DNA of 64,000 bases from contig JNEM01011206.1 in NCBI GenBank assembly GCA_000697335.1, positions 1 through 64,000 on the forward strand, in the 5' to 3' direction. Below are positions 38,533 to 51,958 of the stretch, piece by piece. A program made the translations under genes and the position numbers. Source of the DNA: Conidiobolus incongruus B7586. Lineage: Eukaryota. The notes under the pieces were generated by a model. The model did not search any database, was not told where the DNA came from, and saw only the letters and a list, made by a program, of their open reading frames with translations. How positions within the stretch are numbered: the stretch's first letter is position 1; every line of letters starts with the position of its first letter.

Positions 38533-41210
38533 TTAATTATGGTGTTTCATTTTCTTTGAATCAGATTCCTCAAAGTCTTCTGGAATTGAATGCTTTGACC
38601 CTTGATTATTGTCGTGACTAGCTTCTAACTCTACTGTCTGATCTTTTTCCTAATATCAGTAATATTTAGTCAAAGTTGTAGGAATAGGATATAATATAGT
38701 ACCTTCAAACGCTTAATATATTTGTGAAATGCTTGAATTCGCTCTTCATCACTAGATAAAGCCAAATATTCAGGGAAATTGCAGATCAATGGTTGAACCT
38801 AAATAGATTAGATTTAACAACAATTAAAAGAAATTAATCTTCAAAATATACCTCTTCCCATTTAGAGTCAATTTGAATTGGTGGATCAAGACGTTTCATA
38901 GCATGACGTAGCTCACTAATCTTTTTACGTAATTTACTCTCTTGATATCTCTTCTCATCCTTCTGACGAATAGAAGTTTTGGCTTGCAACTATATTAGTT
39001 AATAGTCAGTTAAAGTGATTTAATTAATTTATCTAGTTGATTCACCTGCTCCATAATGTGTTTGATATCTTTATTGTTCAACTCAGGAAAAAGATTATGA
39101 TCTTTCAAAAATTGCTTGAAAAATGAAAATTCGGTATTTTTATCAATTACTATTCCTTCACTCTAAAAAATTTATGAGTATCATTACATCAAATTATAAT
39201 TTATACAATACCTTCAAAATTGGTTCAACATATTTTCGTTTAGAGTATAAATTAGCATGGGTTTCCTCAATTAAATCCCAAAACATTTCGATTGGGGTGG
39301 AGCCAGGCTGTCCCAATAGTTCATAATAAAAATCATATTGAGAGAATAAAGAGTAAAATTGCTTCCATTTGCTTCTGACCCAGAGTTCTTCTTTTTGCTT
39401 GAGATCTTTGAGTAATTGCTATTGAAATTTGATTGATAAGTGGCAGGTATATGATAAGATAATAAATAGTTACTCTAAACTTATCCCTATTAATTCGATC
39501 TTGTCTATATCTCTGCTGGTGCTTGGCACTGCGTTCTTGTTCATATTTTTCCTCTAATGATTTCATATGATTTTCAAAAACATCGAAAATAAAAGGATCT
39601 TCAAGTCGACACTGTTGGTTCTGGTTCCATAGCTCCTGATACTTATGAATTTTTGGAAGTACATCTTTCCATAAAGAAGTGGCAGTGATTGAAGTGTCTT
39701 TTTGCAATAGCTTCAAAAGCAGATCTTTATCTGCTTTCCTTTGTTTTCGAATACGTTCCTAAGGGCCATTAATAAAATTGTAGGTGAATTCAAGCTAATT
39801 AATAATACTTTTTCAGTGTTTTCTATATTATCTACGTATGATTTGAATAATTCATATTTAATCTTCTCAGAATCAATGGATTTGAAAGCAGGCTCATTCT
39901 TAAGCATTTGCTGCGCTTTTCTAAACAATATGTTAAATTACAAAAATATAATATAATATTTGAAAAAATTACCTCCAGGACATTCTATGAATTTGAGGAT
40001 ATTTGTTTAGCATCCCTTCAAAAGCACTTCGTTGTTTGTTAATTAGCTCATCATGCTCTTCCTAAATAATAAGTAAGCAATAGCAAAATATTAAATTCAA
40101 TGATTATAATAGTACTTTTTCTATCTTCTTTCTATCTTCAATATACTTTTCAAAAACCGCTTTTCTCTCAGGCAAAGTTTTCAAAGCACGATAAAGTGGA
40201 TTGTTAATAATGGCCCTCATGGTCTGCTCCCAAGTCCATGTTGAATCAACTTTCTGTAATTGAGAATATTAATAAGAGTGAAGGATATTAAAATGCAATT
40301 ATTTACTGTTTTAGTTAGTAGTCCTATAAAAGCCTTTTCTGCCTCTTCTTTATCTTTAAATTCAATTACTGGATTCATTGAATATAGATTAGTTTGAGGT
40401 GTATAAGTTGTACTGGGTTTTGCTGTCGTAGAATTAGGTGTGGAGGTAGTGGGTTCTTGAGCGGATGAAGCGGTTGATTCAACATTATTACTTTTAATAT
40501 TAAAAACATATTAACAATTGATTTATGTCAAAAAATAATAAACTCAAAATTAATATACCTTGGTCCTATAAAATTATAGAATTATAATTAATAAATAGGA
40601 CATATTGATAATTTAAGGCAAAGCTTACCTTGAAATTCTGGAGGTCTATCCCAAGTAGTCACATTTGTTATTGTATTATGGTAATATTTTCGACCATCTT
40701 GGGTAGAATATTCTTTCCATGGATTTGAAGCAGGTTTAGGCTGCTAAAAAATTAAGTTATTACCAATGTATTACTTAATTTAATACTTGGTGGATTACCT
40801 CAGGCTGTGTTACAAAGTCAGCTGGTTTCTCCCAAACTGATTGCTTGGTTTGATTATTATAATAATATTTTCTTCCGTCAGGTGTCGAAAATTCTGACCA
40901 AACTTGAGAAGTTGGCTAAGTTAGGACAGAAGTTAGAAAAAAGTATAAGTGAATATTTTGAAATTAAATTTACAGGATTATTATTTTGAACAGTAGGTGG
41001 AATGGAAGCAGTTTGAGGAGGCCAGGCAGAACCTGAAATTTGATAACTATAATCATAAGGGTTAGGATAAGCTTGGTTAGCAGCATAAGGATTAGCCTAA
41101 TTCAAATTATATTAATAAAACACTATTTTATATTTAAATTTTATGCTAATTACGGCAGTGGGAGGTACACCAGGATGATTAAGATTGTTACCAGGAGGCA
41201 TCCAACTCAT
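38533..41210 (-). CDS. PRP40: U1 snRNP protein Prp40 (two WW domains plus FF domains), multi-exon
   Basis: [44 protein letters not shown] domain [25 protein letters not shown]; further FF repeats. Confidence 0.93.
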
Positions 41211-42470
41211 ATTGATAACTTGATTCAAATTTGAATTGATTAGAGTAAAATATATGTAATAATGGTAATGTGTTTTAATAAAATAGTTGAAATATAAATT
41301 AATAATATATAATAAATATTTATTTAATTTCAATATTACTTTTTTTTCAAAAATACTATTCTTCGGTTGATGGTGTAATTATAATCTTTCTGATTCTTAA
41401 TATTTTATGGGATTCACATTTAACTATGTCATTATATCTTAAAAATTTGACAATTATCGTACTATTCAAATAATAAGATTAAAAATCATTGTTTATTTAG
41501 TATCTAAATATATTAATTAATTAATTAACTAATTAACTAGCAATTGATTATCTTTATTAAATATTTTAGACAAATTACTTTATTTTAAAGTGTTTTTTTA
41601 TTATAATTTCATTGAAAAAAAACTTCGAAAAAGAAATATATATAAGATTAAAAATGCTAGATCTGTGAACCAACATTTAATAAATAATCGCAGTTCAAAA
41701 CATTTCTGAATGAAAAAAATATGTATATTCTAGTTCAGTTTATAAAAAACAGAAATTATAGTCATAATTTGATTTGTTTATTATCAATTAATACTAAGTA
41801 TATTAATAAAGAGCAGCTTATAAAAATAATCCTATCAAATTATTATTCTCTAATTTGATAAATTTAGTATTAAAATGATGAAGTAAAAAATATAAATTAT
41901 TATAAATTATGCTACTAATAAAAATGAAATATAATAATTAATTCTAATATCAGTACTAATAATATTTGGATAATTATATTAAATCAATTTTATTAAATAT
42001 CAATAATCTCCTAAATGTTTAATTAAATACAAGAAGGTTGAAAGAGGAGTTTATAAAGGATTAATTAAAATTTAAATTAATACTAAATCTAACTTTGATA
42101 CAATTCCAAAAGTATATTTAAAATCATAACAAATCTTATCATCAAATGCATAGGGTAAAATAAATAATTTTAGTCATATAAGGATGATTAGCAAATTGTA
42201 AATTCAATAATAAAATTGAAATTTTTATACATATTATGATGGTGAAAAAATACTATTAAATAATAGTATCTAATTTGGAAAATAATAAATAAATGCATTA
42301 GAATGTAATGAAATTGCGGTGAAAAAATTAGCAGAAAAATTTATTGAAATAATTTTATGTAAGGAAAAAACTGCTATTGTAAATCATAAAGTTTTGAATA
42401 ATAACTACAAAACACCTATAGTACATCGAAGGTGAAATATATAAAAACTACATAATATAATGGTACTCCC

Positions 42471-43334
42471 CTAAATGGCATTGGAGGTCGATAAAAGCTC
42501 TTCCATTTCTTGTAAAGATAATTGGGGCAATATATTTGCTGAACCACAGGAAGGAGGAGAGAGTTCAGGTACATTAAATTGGAATTGAGCCATAATATCA
42601 TCCAAAGAAGTGAAGGGTGGATTTTGTGAAGACAAATTATCAGGAGTAGCAGGAGATGCTACTGATGTAGATGGCTCAGTAGAAGAGAGATTGAACAAAT
42701 CCTCAGAAGGAAGATTAGAAAATAAAGAGTCAAAGGAGAGAGCTGGTAAATCAAGTAAGGAAGTCTGAGATGAAAGGAGTGGATCAGTTGCAGATGAGCT
42801 AGGCTTATAGAGATCAGGTAACTGAAGGTCGAGCAAGGGGTCAGAATTGGATGAAGGAGCAGGGGATTGAACCTTAGCGTCCGAACGAGAGGGAACGTCA
42901 GGCACAAAGGAATCAAATGGATCGGTACTGATGACCGAAGAGGGAGTGCGCGACTCATCAGAAGAGGAAGCCGAAGGGGGCAAGTATGGGAGTGTTTTTG
43001 ACCTGAGTCCAACAGAGGGTCGTTTTTTGACATAAGGAGTGGAGCGCGACTTCTTATTTAAATGAAGAGGACGCTTTGAAATATAATACAAGGAGATATC
43101 GGGTTCATTAAAAGGGTACAAGCACTAAACAATAACCACAAAGGTTAATAAAGGTCAACAATATTTTGATATAAGTAGCAAAGTTTTAAATGATACTTAA
43201 TAAATAGATTGATTAAGTACCTCAGAGTTGATACACATGATGAAGGTGCTGTCATACTCGTCTATGATTTGGGGGAGGATGCTGGACTGACAGTGAGGAC
43301 ACTTGGGCGCCTTACTATCGTTCTCCATGGTCAT
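42471..43334 (-). CDS. Uncharacterised protein with N-terminal C4 zinc ribbon and S/P/D-rich disordered tail; exons 43334-43221 and 43124-42471
   Basis: Exon 1 MTMENDSKAPKCPHCQSS...FIMCINSE joins in phase 0 to CLYPFNEP. The region is GC-richer than its flanks. Confidence 0.75.
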
Positions 43335-43384
43335 AAGTGTAGTTGAAAAAATTAACTTTTGTCAATGAACAAAAAGTTGAATCT

Positions 43385-43700
43385 GATCTTTTGAAATCCC
43401 CTCCCCCTTTTTAAGCAAAAAAAAATTATCCTCCAGATCAATTGCCCAATCAGAAATGCCAAAATTGCAAAATGACAAAATTATTTGAGATTTCCTGAAA
43501 ACTGCATCCAATCATAGTGCTGCTTTAATGTAAATCCTCCAATCGTATCGCCTTTTCAGTTTAGATGGAATTAAAAATTTGGATCGGTCTTGCCTAATTC
43601 TGATTGGCCAAATTGGAATAATTTGTGCACATCTTATCAAGATATTGGCTACGTCATGTTTGATCTAACAAATGGATTTCAAAATAAAACACCAATTAGA
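43385..43700 (-). promoter_or_regulatory. CCAAT-box-rich promoter upstream of the zinc-ribbon gene
   Basis: CCAAT at 43446, 43508, 43539, 43692; ATTGG at 43603, 43612, 43644; ACGTCA (CRE half-site) at 43651. Confidence 0.5.
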
Positions 43701-44078
43701 TTGAGTGAAGGATATAATTAAGTATTGTTTGGTTTAATAAGTGGGTTAATGTGAAAAAATAGAAAATTCAAATCCAATTCCTGAATGTTAATATGAAAGA
43801 TTGAAATCATAAGTATGATGGACAAAGTCAGATTGTCAAAGATATTGTACATCTCTAAAAGGAAACCTATTTCAAGAAATCAATTTGTCATAGTTTTACC
43901 CAATGATCAAGTTATGGGTTTAAGCAATTAATACAAAAATATTTTTATTATGACTAACTGATCAATGTCTGAATGTCTAAAATACCTTTAACAAGTATAA
44001 TTAAGTATATTACTTTTTAAGTATTTTATAAATTGTGTTAATATTGCAATATTCATCAACGAAAAACTCCAATAAAGT

Positions 44079-44103
44079 TATATATATATATATATATATA
44101 TAT
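44079..44103. repeat. (TA)n microsatellite
   Basis: AT dinucleotide run. Confidence 0.85.
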
Positions 44104-46432
44104 GCTAATTTTTTTCATTGTCTGTATATAATATAAATAATGACAAAAAATAATCAATGATATAAATTTAGCTATAATCAATTCAATTCAAAATTTATAA
44201 TATATTTCTTTGAAAGTTATGAAATGATTTTATTCAAATTTCTAATATACGTGTGATTTGTATATTGAAAAATTACCTTGGTGTATCGAATTAAATATTA
44301 ATGTAATTTGATTTTGCGTAGGCAAATATATAACTGTATAACAAATTCCATTACACTTTGAATAAAATCGATTAAACAGGAATTATCAAAGTATTAACAA
44401 ATGTTAAAATATATTTTCATTGTTTTTCAAATTACTTAAGATTTATTTAACATAACACAAATTGTAAAACTCATTTTAATAACATAGATGTTTAAATATT
44501 TGCTTGTTTAATATAATGAATGATAATATGGCTATATTTTGAGTACATAAATATCTATTTCTTTGCAATATTTATTTACATGCTACCTATTTATTTGTTC
44601 TTATTCCATATTTAATATTATATTGATTAAATAAACATTATTAAATTCTTGAAACGATAATAAAATATCTAATATCAATATTTTAATTCTTTTAATTTCT
44701 AAAACGCTTTCGTTATTAAACTAGATTTCAAAATATTTAAAAATCATATTATGATATATTTAATATCATATTTTATTATTTATTCAATTTGGATAATATT
44801 TGATAAAATTACTTATTAAGGATTGATAATTCTAATTGTTAAGATATTTCAATATTATGTATTTGCATGTCGAATGAAGACATGTAGTATTTTGTCAATT
44901 ATTTTTTATACGAGAATAAGCAAAAGTATCTAAAAAGATTCTATTATGTAATATGATTAATGTTTTTAGTAATTGATAAAAATTAATGAATATAAATGCC
45001 ATTAGCTATAAAATAATTATATTATTAGCATGTATTAAAGAAGAGATATAATTGGATAATATGTCTAATGTAAAATCAAACAATAATTAAAATGATAGAT
45101 ATTTCAAATAGTTAAATAATAATTAAATAAATTTATTATTATATATAATCCTTAATCATATATCTATGCTATATTTTAATTGGAAAATGGAATCATCTTA
45201 AAAATATATTATCTAAATACACATCTCATATAAAATTTTCATAATTATCATGGTTCACTGGATATATAGTCTTTTCTCAAATATCTAATTTTTCCTGATA
45301 ATTTAATGATTTTTTCAAACAATATTTTCCACTTTCAAAATACAATTAATTAATACTAGTTAAACTGCTTAAACTAATTCAGATAATTACAACCATATTA
45401 TATTTAAATATTTAAATATTCAAAAAGATCATATACATATAATATGTCTTATTCAAATTAGAATTTTAATAATATTAGTTACATGCAATGAAAACATCTA
45501 ATTTCAAAATGATATACAATTCTATTTAATTACTCCATAAAATTTTTTTTTAATTTATATTTGAGTGTTTTAAATATAATATATTGAAGTTCATATCACT
45601 GTACTCTTTGTTCAATAAGGATTTTCTTAATATATATATATATATTTTATCTTTCTTTTTGACCTTACTTCTGATTAGCATAATTTTGGATTGAGAGTAG
45701 TAAATTGATTATGCAAAATTATTGAATTTGGATATTTTAATTGTTGGTACCTGATATTGAAATTTGATGGAGATCAAATTGACAAATTTTCAAGTTAATT
45801 TTAATATTATTAAATAATATAGTCTTGGGATACATAATAAATAATAATGAAATAATATAAAATATTTTATGGTTTTGATTATTTATATAAAAATAGCTTA
45901 TTATGAAATGATACCAAAATTAAACAAGAAATAATATATTCAACAAACTGATTAATAATTATAATTCAAACAAAATTTCTATCAGAAATAGTATAGAATA
46001 TAATATTTAGTTTAAAATTTTTTAAATATTCAGAAAAAATATTAAATTGTTTTGTAAAATACCTTTGCAATGATGATATAATAATATCAAATTAACTATT
46101 GATAAAGAACCCATATGAAGATTAATGTTTTATTAACACAAATTCTACATAAACTTTGGGAGTATTCCACTTGTAATGTCTGAACAAAATTGGCGTAAAT
46201 TAATAAGCTACTATTGTTGCTTTTAAATTAAAAGTATGGAGTCGTCATCTATAGGCGATGGTATAATGGTTTAATAGCTATATAAATTAAAGAAATCAAA
46301 TTTTACTATATTTGAATTATATATAATAAACTATTATTATATTATTTGTGATTAAATTAAATTTTCAAAGTAAGGTGTATATTAGTTTTAATTTGTAAGA
46401 TATATTTATATTATAATTTAATAAATTTTGAA

Positions 46433-49400
46433 TTAGCTCCACCATGATTGAATATCTGTTTTAATTAATTGGTCAGTGGTTAATAATGGAACTCTTAGCT
46501 CTATTAAAATCCATATATACGTCTTCCAAAATTCATAAGATTGTTCGGATTCATCATATTCGATCAGCAATACCGGTAAGTTCTAAACAATATTTAGTAT
46601 CGTTCTACGGTGATTGAAAATAAATTACTTTCAGTTTGTTGGGTTTACATGCTTTAGAAATCTGTTGAACCTGTTCCATTAATTCATCAGCAGTCATTAA
46701 ATGAGAATCAATTTCAGATAACTTGGATTGATAATAAGAAACAATCTATAATATGGAGTTTAGTGGAAGTCAAGTCTATAATATTGGATTAATTACTGTA
46801 ATCAAATTTTCAACAATTGGAGAAATGGATGGATGTGATTGAAGCTGAAGAAGGCGGTCATTTTGCTGAAGGAGTCCATATACCAACTGTGAGCTATTCG
46901 GTAAATCTCGTATTATAATTGAGTTCACTGTGATCAGTAGAATATAAATAATTTCTTCAAAGATTTTGATTCCTTCCAACTAATTGAATTGAATTAGATA
47001 TAATATAATTTGGAATTATATAATTACTTTGTCATCTCGATCTCTGTTTGATTGACCATATTTGACCAAGTTTTTACACCCTGTATCTACCAAGCTATTT
47101 TATAATAAATATATATTTTTAGACTTTGCAATTGAGTTGAAAATTACCCCAAAATCTTTTGTACAAGCAAAGGTTGAATATTTTGCAAATGCTTTCCTAA
47201 ACTTGCAATACATGATAAACAGAGTGTATGAATAAACTGGTTCTAAAATGATTGGTAAATACAAGTTTGATAAATATAAAATTACTCAGGTTACCTTAAT
47301 TTCAATCAAATTGATATTGAATATTTTGATCAAAACAAACATGATTAACTCGCTTAATGGTATTGATCGGAATAATCGTTCTTGAAACCAGGGTTGCTTA
47401 GGTATAATCTAGTGATTTCAATTTGAGTATGAATAAATCATGATGATGGGTATACTTACTGTTTTTTGCAAAGTTTCAATAAACAGAGAATCATTACAAA
47501 AGGCTAGCAGAGGTGGAAATAGGATATGAACATGTGCTAATTTATGGTTATGTGTAACTGCATCGTATATCATTTTGATTATTGGAATTATCTAAATAAA
47601 TACAGTTAGGAATTTTATTTAAGTTATATTATGTTTTGTACCAATTTATCAGGCTCTGTTACTGAACAACAAAAATTCACAAATTCAGAATTTTTAATTG
47701 AGAATATGTAAAATAAAATGGAAGTTTCCTCAATATGAAGATTACTAAATTGGTATTAGAATATAACAATAAATAAAATGTTTGAATATTTACGGAACAA
47801 GAATGTAATAAACCTGACTAACACTCAATTGTGTAAAACCAAAGCCATTTTTGATATCTTCATTCTTGACTGGTTCTAGCTCTGGTTAATATAAATGAAT
47901 ATTATTGTATAAACTTTCTTACCAAAATAATTTTCAAAAACTTGACTAAATGGATTAGGTTTGTCAAATGAATTAGCGAAACATAATAGAGAAATTAAAT
48001 GAACAGCTAGATAAGAGAGCGTGTTGGGACTGTGTAATGTATTCAAATTAATATCAATATGACGTTCGTGATCTTTGCTGGATGATTTTGTGGATGACCC
48101 TGTAAATATATATTCATACGCATAGCTAAATATACCAGTTAAGCTATAGCTGTCCGGTGATTTGGGTAAAAAATAAAGCAGTAAACATCTATTGACTATG
48201 TTCTGAGCATTATGACCGTGGTTTTTAATTATATAATTGAGTATAAGAGGCTCATCTAGGGAATAAGAATCGTGTGAAATTAAAGTTAATAGCGTTATTA
48301 TAGCCTGATAATAAAAATTAATAGATTCTAAAGATCTATAACAAGCTGTTAAATTTCTTGATTAGATACAAAGAATAATTAGAATACCCAAGTTCCAAAT
48401 ATACAATCACTTCAATAAGCCAGTCAATAAATACAAAGCATTGTGGTTTGTCACTTATATGATCTAGTGAAATTGGAAAAGATATAATTTAATGTATGTT
48501 TTTACACAAATTGATTGAATGAAAATACCTGATAATTTAACTTGCTCTAATTTAGGACTTAAATTGGATGAAAGATCATTAATTTTGGTACTGTTGATAT
48601 AGTTTATTTGATCTGCGAGGTTACTTTCATTAGATACACCTATTAAGCTTGAATGTTTATATCTCTTAAATGTATATTACAATATTACTATTTGATTACC
48701 TTCGAAATGATTAATTACTTGATCAAAATATAAAGAATTTAGAAGTAGTTTGATCAATTTTTGAGTAAAAAATAGTGCATTAAATACACTATTTGTTATT
48801 TGTCTAATATCAGGAATACTTATTAAATAAACAATAGCATTAATAGTTATATGTATTACGGTTTAAATTTAGAACCACCTCGGATTGGACAAGATGATAT
48901 AATAAATTTGATTATTCTGTTGAAATTAGGGCTCTTTTCTGGTAATACTAAATAAATAGCTAATAAATATTTCATTGATATGATGCAGAAAAATATAATT
49001 ACTTAATTCTGAGCCATATTTATGTATAGTTCGTATGATAATGTCTTCTTCTTCTCTAATTTTGTAGAATGTTTATACTGGGTGAAAATATTGATAAAAT
49101 AACTTGTTTTACCTGTTCAAAATAAGTCGAAAAAGATTTCCAGAAAACACATGCTCCATGGAAGTAGTTTCAGATAATTCTGATATTTTGCGTAGAATTA
49201 ACTGGATTTCTTGAAGAGGCTCTGGATAAGAATACACACCTGTAATAGGCTGATTTAATTTTCTTTGATTAACAAAGGTATCAGGAAGCTTGTGCTCATG
49301 TGTAATATCCTTTAAATTAGTATTGTTGTTATCTAGTGGATTAAGAGTGAGATTAAATGGGTCTGTTGGTGTTTTTGGTGATTGGGCGGAGTTCGGCAAA

Positions 49401-49435
49401 TTGGTTCCAATTGCTATATCTGAATTATCTGTCAT
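46433..49435 (-). CDS. DYM: Dymeclin (Dyggve-Melchior-Clausen protein) homolog, many short exons
   Basis: Hand-spliced open frame containing PWFQER..IPLSELIMFVLIKIFNIN, FIHTLCLSCIASLG, NSIIIRDLPNSSQLVYGLL and C-terminal EYDESEQSYEFWKTYIWILI, matching remembered dymeclin blocks. Confidence 0.82.
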
Positions 49436-51958
49436 TTGCTGATGACTGCTGTTTACAATATATATAATAGTCACTTAGAGTTCTTAATAATTATTCAATA
49501 TTAATTAATGATTTATTAATTTTACCAAATCGTAAAAGGTGTGATTATTTAGAAATGAAGTCTATCAATTGGGCTGATTTTGAATATATGAACCAATTAT
49601 ATAATCAATTATTCAATACATTTGAGTATATTTATTTTTGTACTTTGTTGGAAAATTTATGGGATTATTAGATTATTATCTACACTTTAGAATCAAAATT
49701 CTTAATTATTCAATCCTTATTATCAATTTATTATAAATAATAAAATGTTAGTATTATGATAGACTCTATTAATTACATTACCTAAAGATATTTTTCTATT
49801 AACTTTTCATTATCCTTGCTACATTCTCATTAATCTAAACTTCGCATTTATTCCAACAAAATCTGTTTAAAATAAATTTACTATCAAACTTTATTAATCA
49901 TCATTGTCGATTATGCTATTATACAAATGTTAAAGTCTTTCAAACATAGTTCTTAAATTTATGCAAGGATTATTGATATATAACTGAATATAGTCTTTGG
50001 TAATCTTCTACAATTGCAGCGCTCAATGGTTATTAGTACTTCGCGTATTTAGTCAATATAATGGTACTAAATAATTGTATCTTGTGACATAAATTTGATA
50101 TAAAGATTGATACTATGCATATTATTAATGATGAACGGATTCGAATAAACCAATTAATTGTTATTATTATAATACCAATTATTTAACTAAAGTGTAATAT
50201 TGATAGAATAACATATTATTTTTGAATAAAAATGAATTGCAGTGTTGATTAATTTATATTGATTTAATTCATATTTCACAATAATATATATAATTTTAAA
50301 GCAGTAATATGAGCATAAATCAACTTTTTAAATCTAAAATAATTTTATTTCATATCCAATATAGCATTCTAAATTCTTTAATATTGAAAAAACAATTTTG
50401 AGGTTAATATCATCCATTTCTTTGATCCTAGTGAACCTTTTTGGTCTTATCTGACCCTTTTATTAGTATAGTGAAACAAATAGGACTTGAATGATTTATA
50501 GTCAGGATTGGGTGTTGGGTTATAGTTTAGTAAATATAATATTAGATTTAAGGTATTTTTTGGAATTACAATGTTTCATCAACAAAAGAATTTAAAATAT
50601 TGGCTTTGTATTGTTATATATTTTCATATCGAATAATAATCAGGGAATTTGAATGTATTATCAAGTAATTGCTAATTATTTATTTTTTTGAATAAAGCTT
50701 TGCAACAAGACCAAGATCAAATTTTTTACCCATATTTATTAAATCATTTTAATACATAAAGAATCATGGTTAATGAGAGGTCGGATTATAATAAAAATAT
50801 AAATAATACTTGTAAAGTCTATAATCACCTTGTAAACATTATGCAATATTTTCATCGGAAAACAATACTAATTCAAATTATTGAGTTTACAAATAAATAC
50901 TCGTGATAAATTCTTTTTATACTCGATACTTCATATTCCTATTATATTAAATGAGCTATTAAAGGAATAGAGAGCAATCCAATAAAAGTGAGGAAATACG
51001 TTATTTTTTAATATAGTCTCAATAAGCTTGATTGTATGAATGTCCTTTAATTTTAAAAATCGATGTTCAAGATGGAATTTTAATTATAATAGTTATAATC
51101 CAAATATAATCAAAACTAATAATGCAGTAAAATTATCCTATATATAATCTAGTCATATTATACTTATCATTAATGTTGTTTAAGTTCAATATTTTTAATC
51201 AGAACAAAATTGGATAATTTCATTTAATAATTTTATTATCACTATTTTGAATATTAGAATTTATCATCTTTCGCGATTTACAAAAAACAAATAATTTAAT
51301 ATTATGAACTGGTTTAATATATAATTCCAAATATAACAAATAACACTTTGAAGTTATTGGAAGAGTATTTTGAATTAATCATATTGTTAGTATAAAAAAT
51401 ACAGAAACCCCAATGACAGTTTACAATTTATAGATTAAAAAATGACATAAATATAAAAATATGATTTAATCTCACAAACTTTTGATATTATATATAGGAC
51501 ATATGTATTTGAAAATATCACTGAGAGTAAGTTTATTGATATCATACTTAAATAAATGTAAAATATGATGAAATATTGAAAATGAAGATCTATTTCAATT
51601 GTGCAAATAATAAATCCAATGCTTGATATTTATAAATTACAAATGCTAAGTTCGGATAATTATATTATAAATTATTGATTAAAAACATTTATTAAATTAT
51701 CTTGAATTTAAATAGTGACACTAATGCAAATGATCTATATGCAATGATATTAGTGTGCAAGAAATGATATTATTACAGGGTTTGGATTAGTCGAAATGTT
51801 TCTACCATTCCTTAACGAATATCTATCCTCTGAATTAGTAGAATTCAAGACTAGATTATGAAAAAAGGCTTATATAGTAAATTAAAGAAAATGATATACT
51901 ATATTCAGTTGTTATGTGCTAAAAAATAAACAAGATTCCTTTACACTGGATTCAAAGA

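Noticed and set aside
50410..50525. FDPSEPFW...SGLGVGL, faintly like a retroelement RNase H linker
   Set aside because: No TDAS motif, several stops, too little signal.
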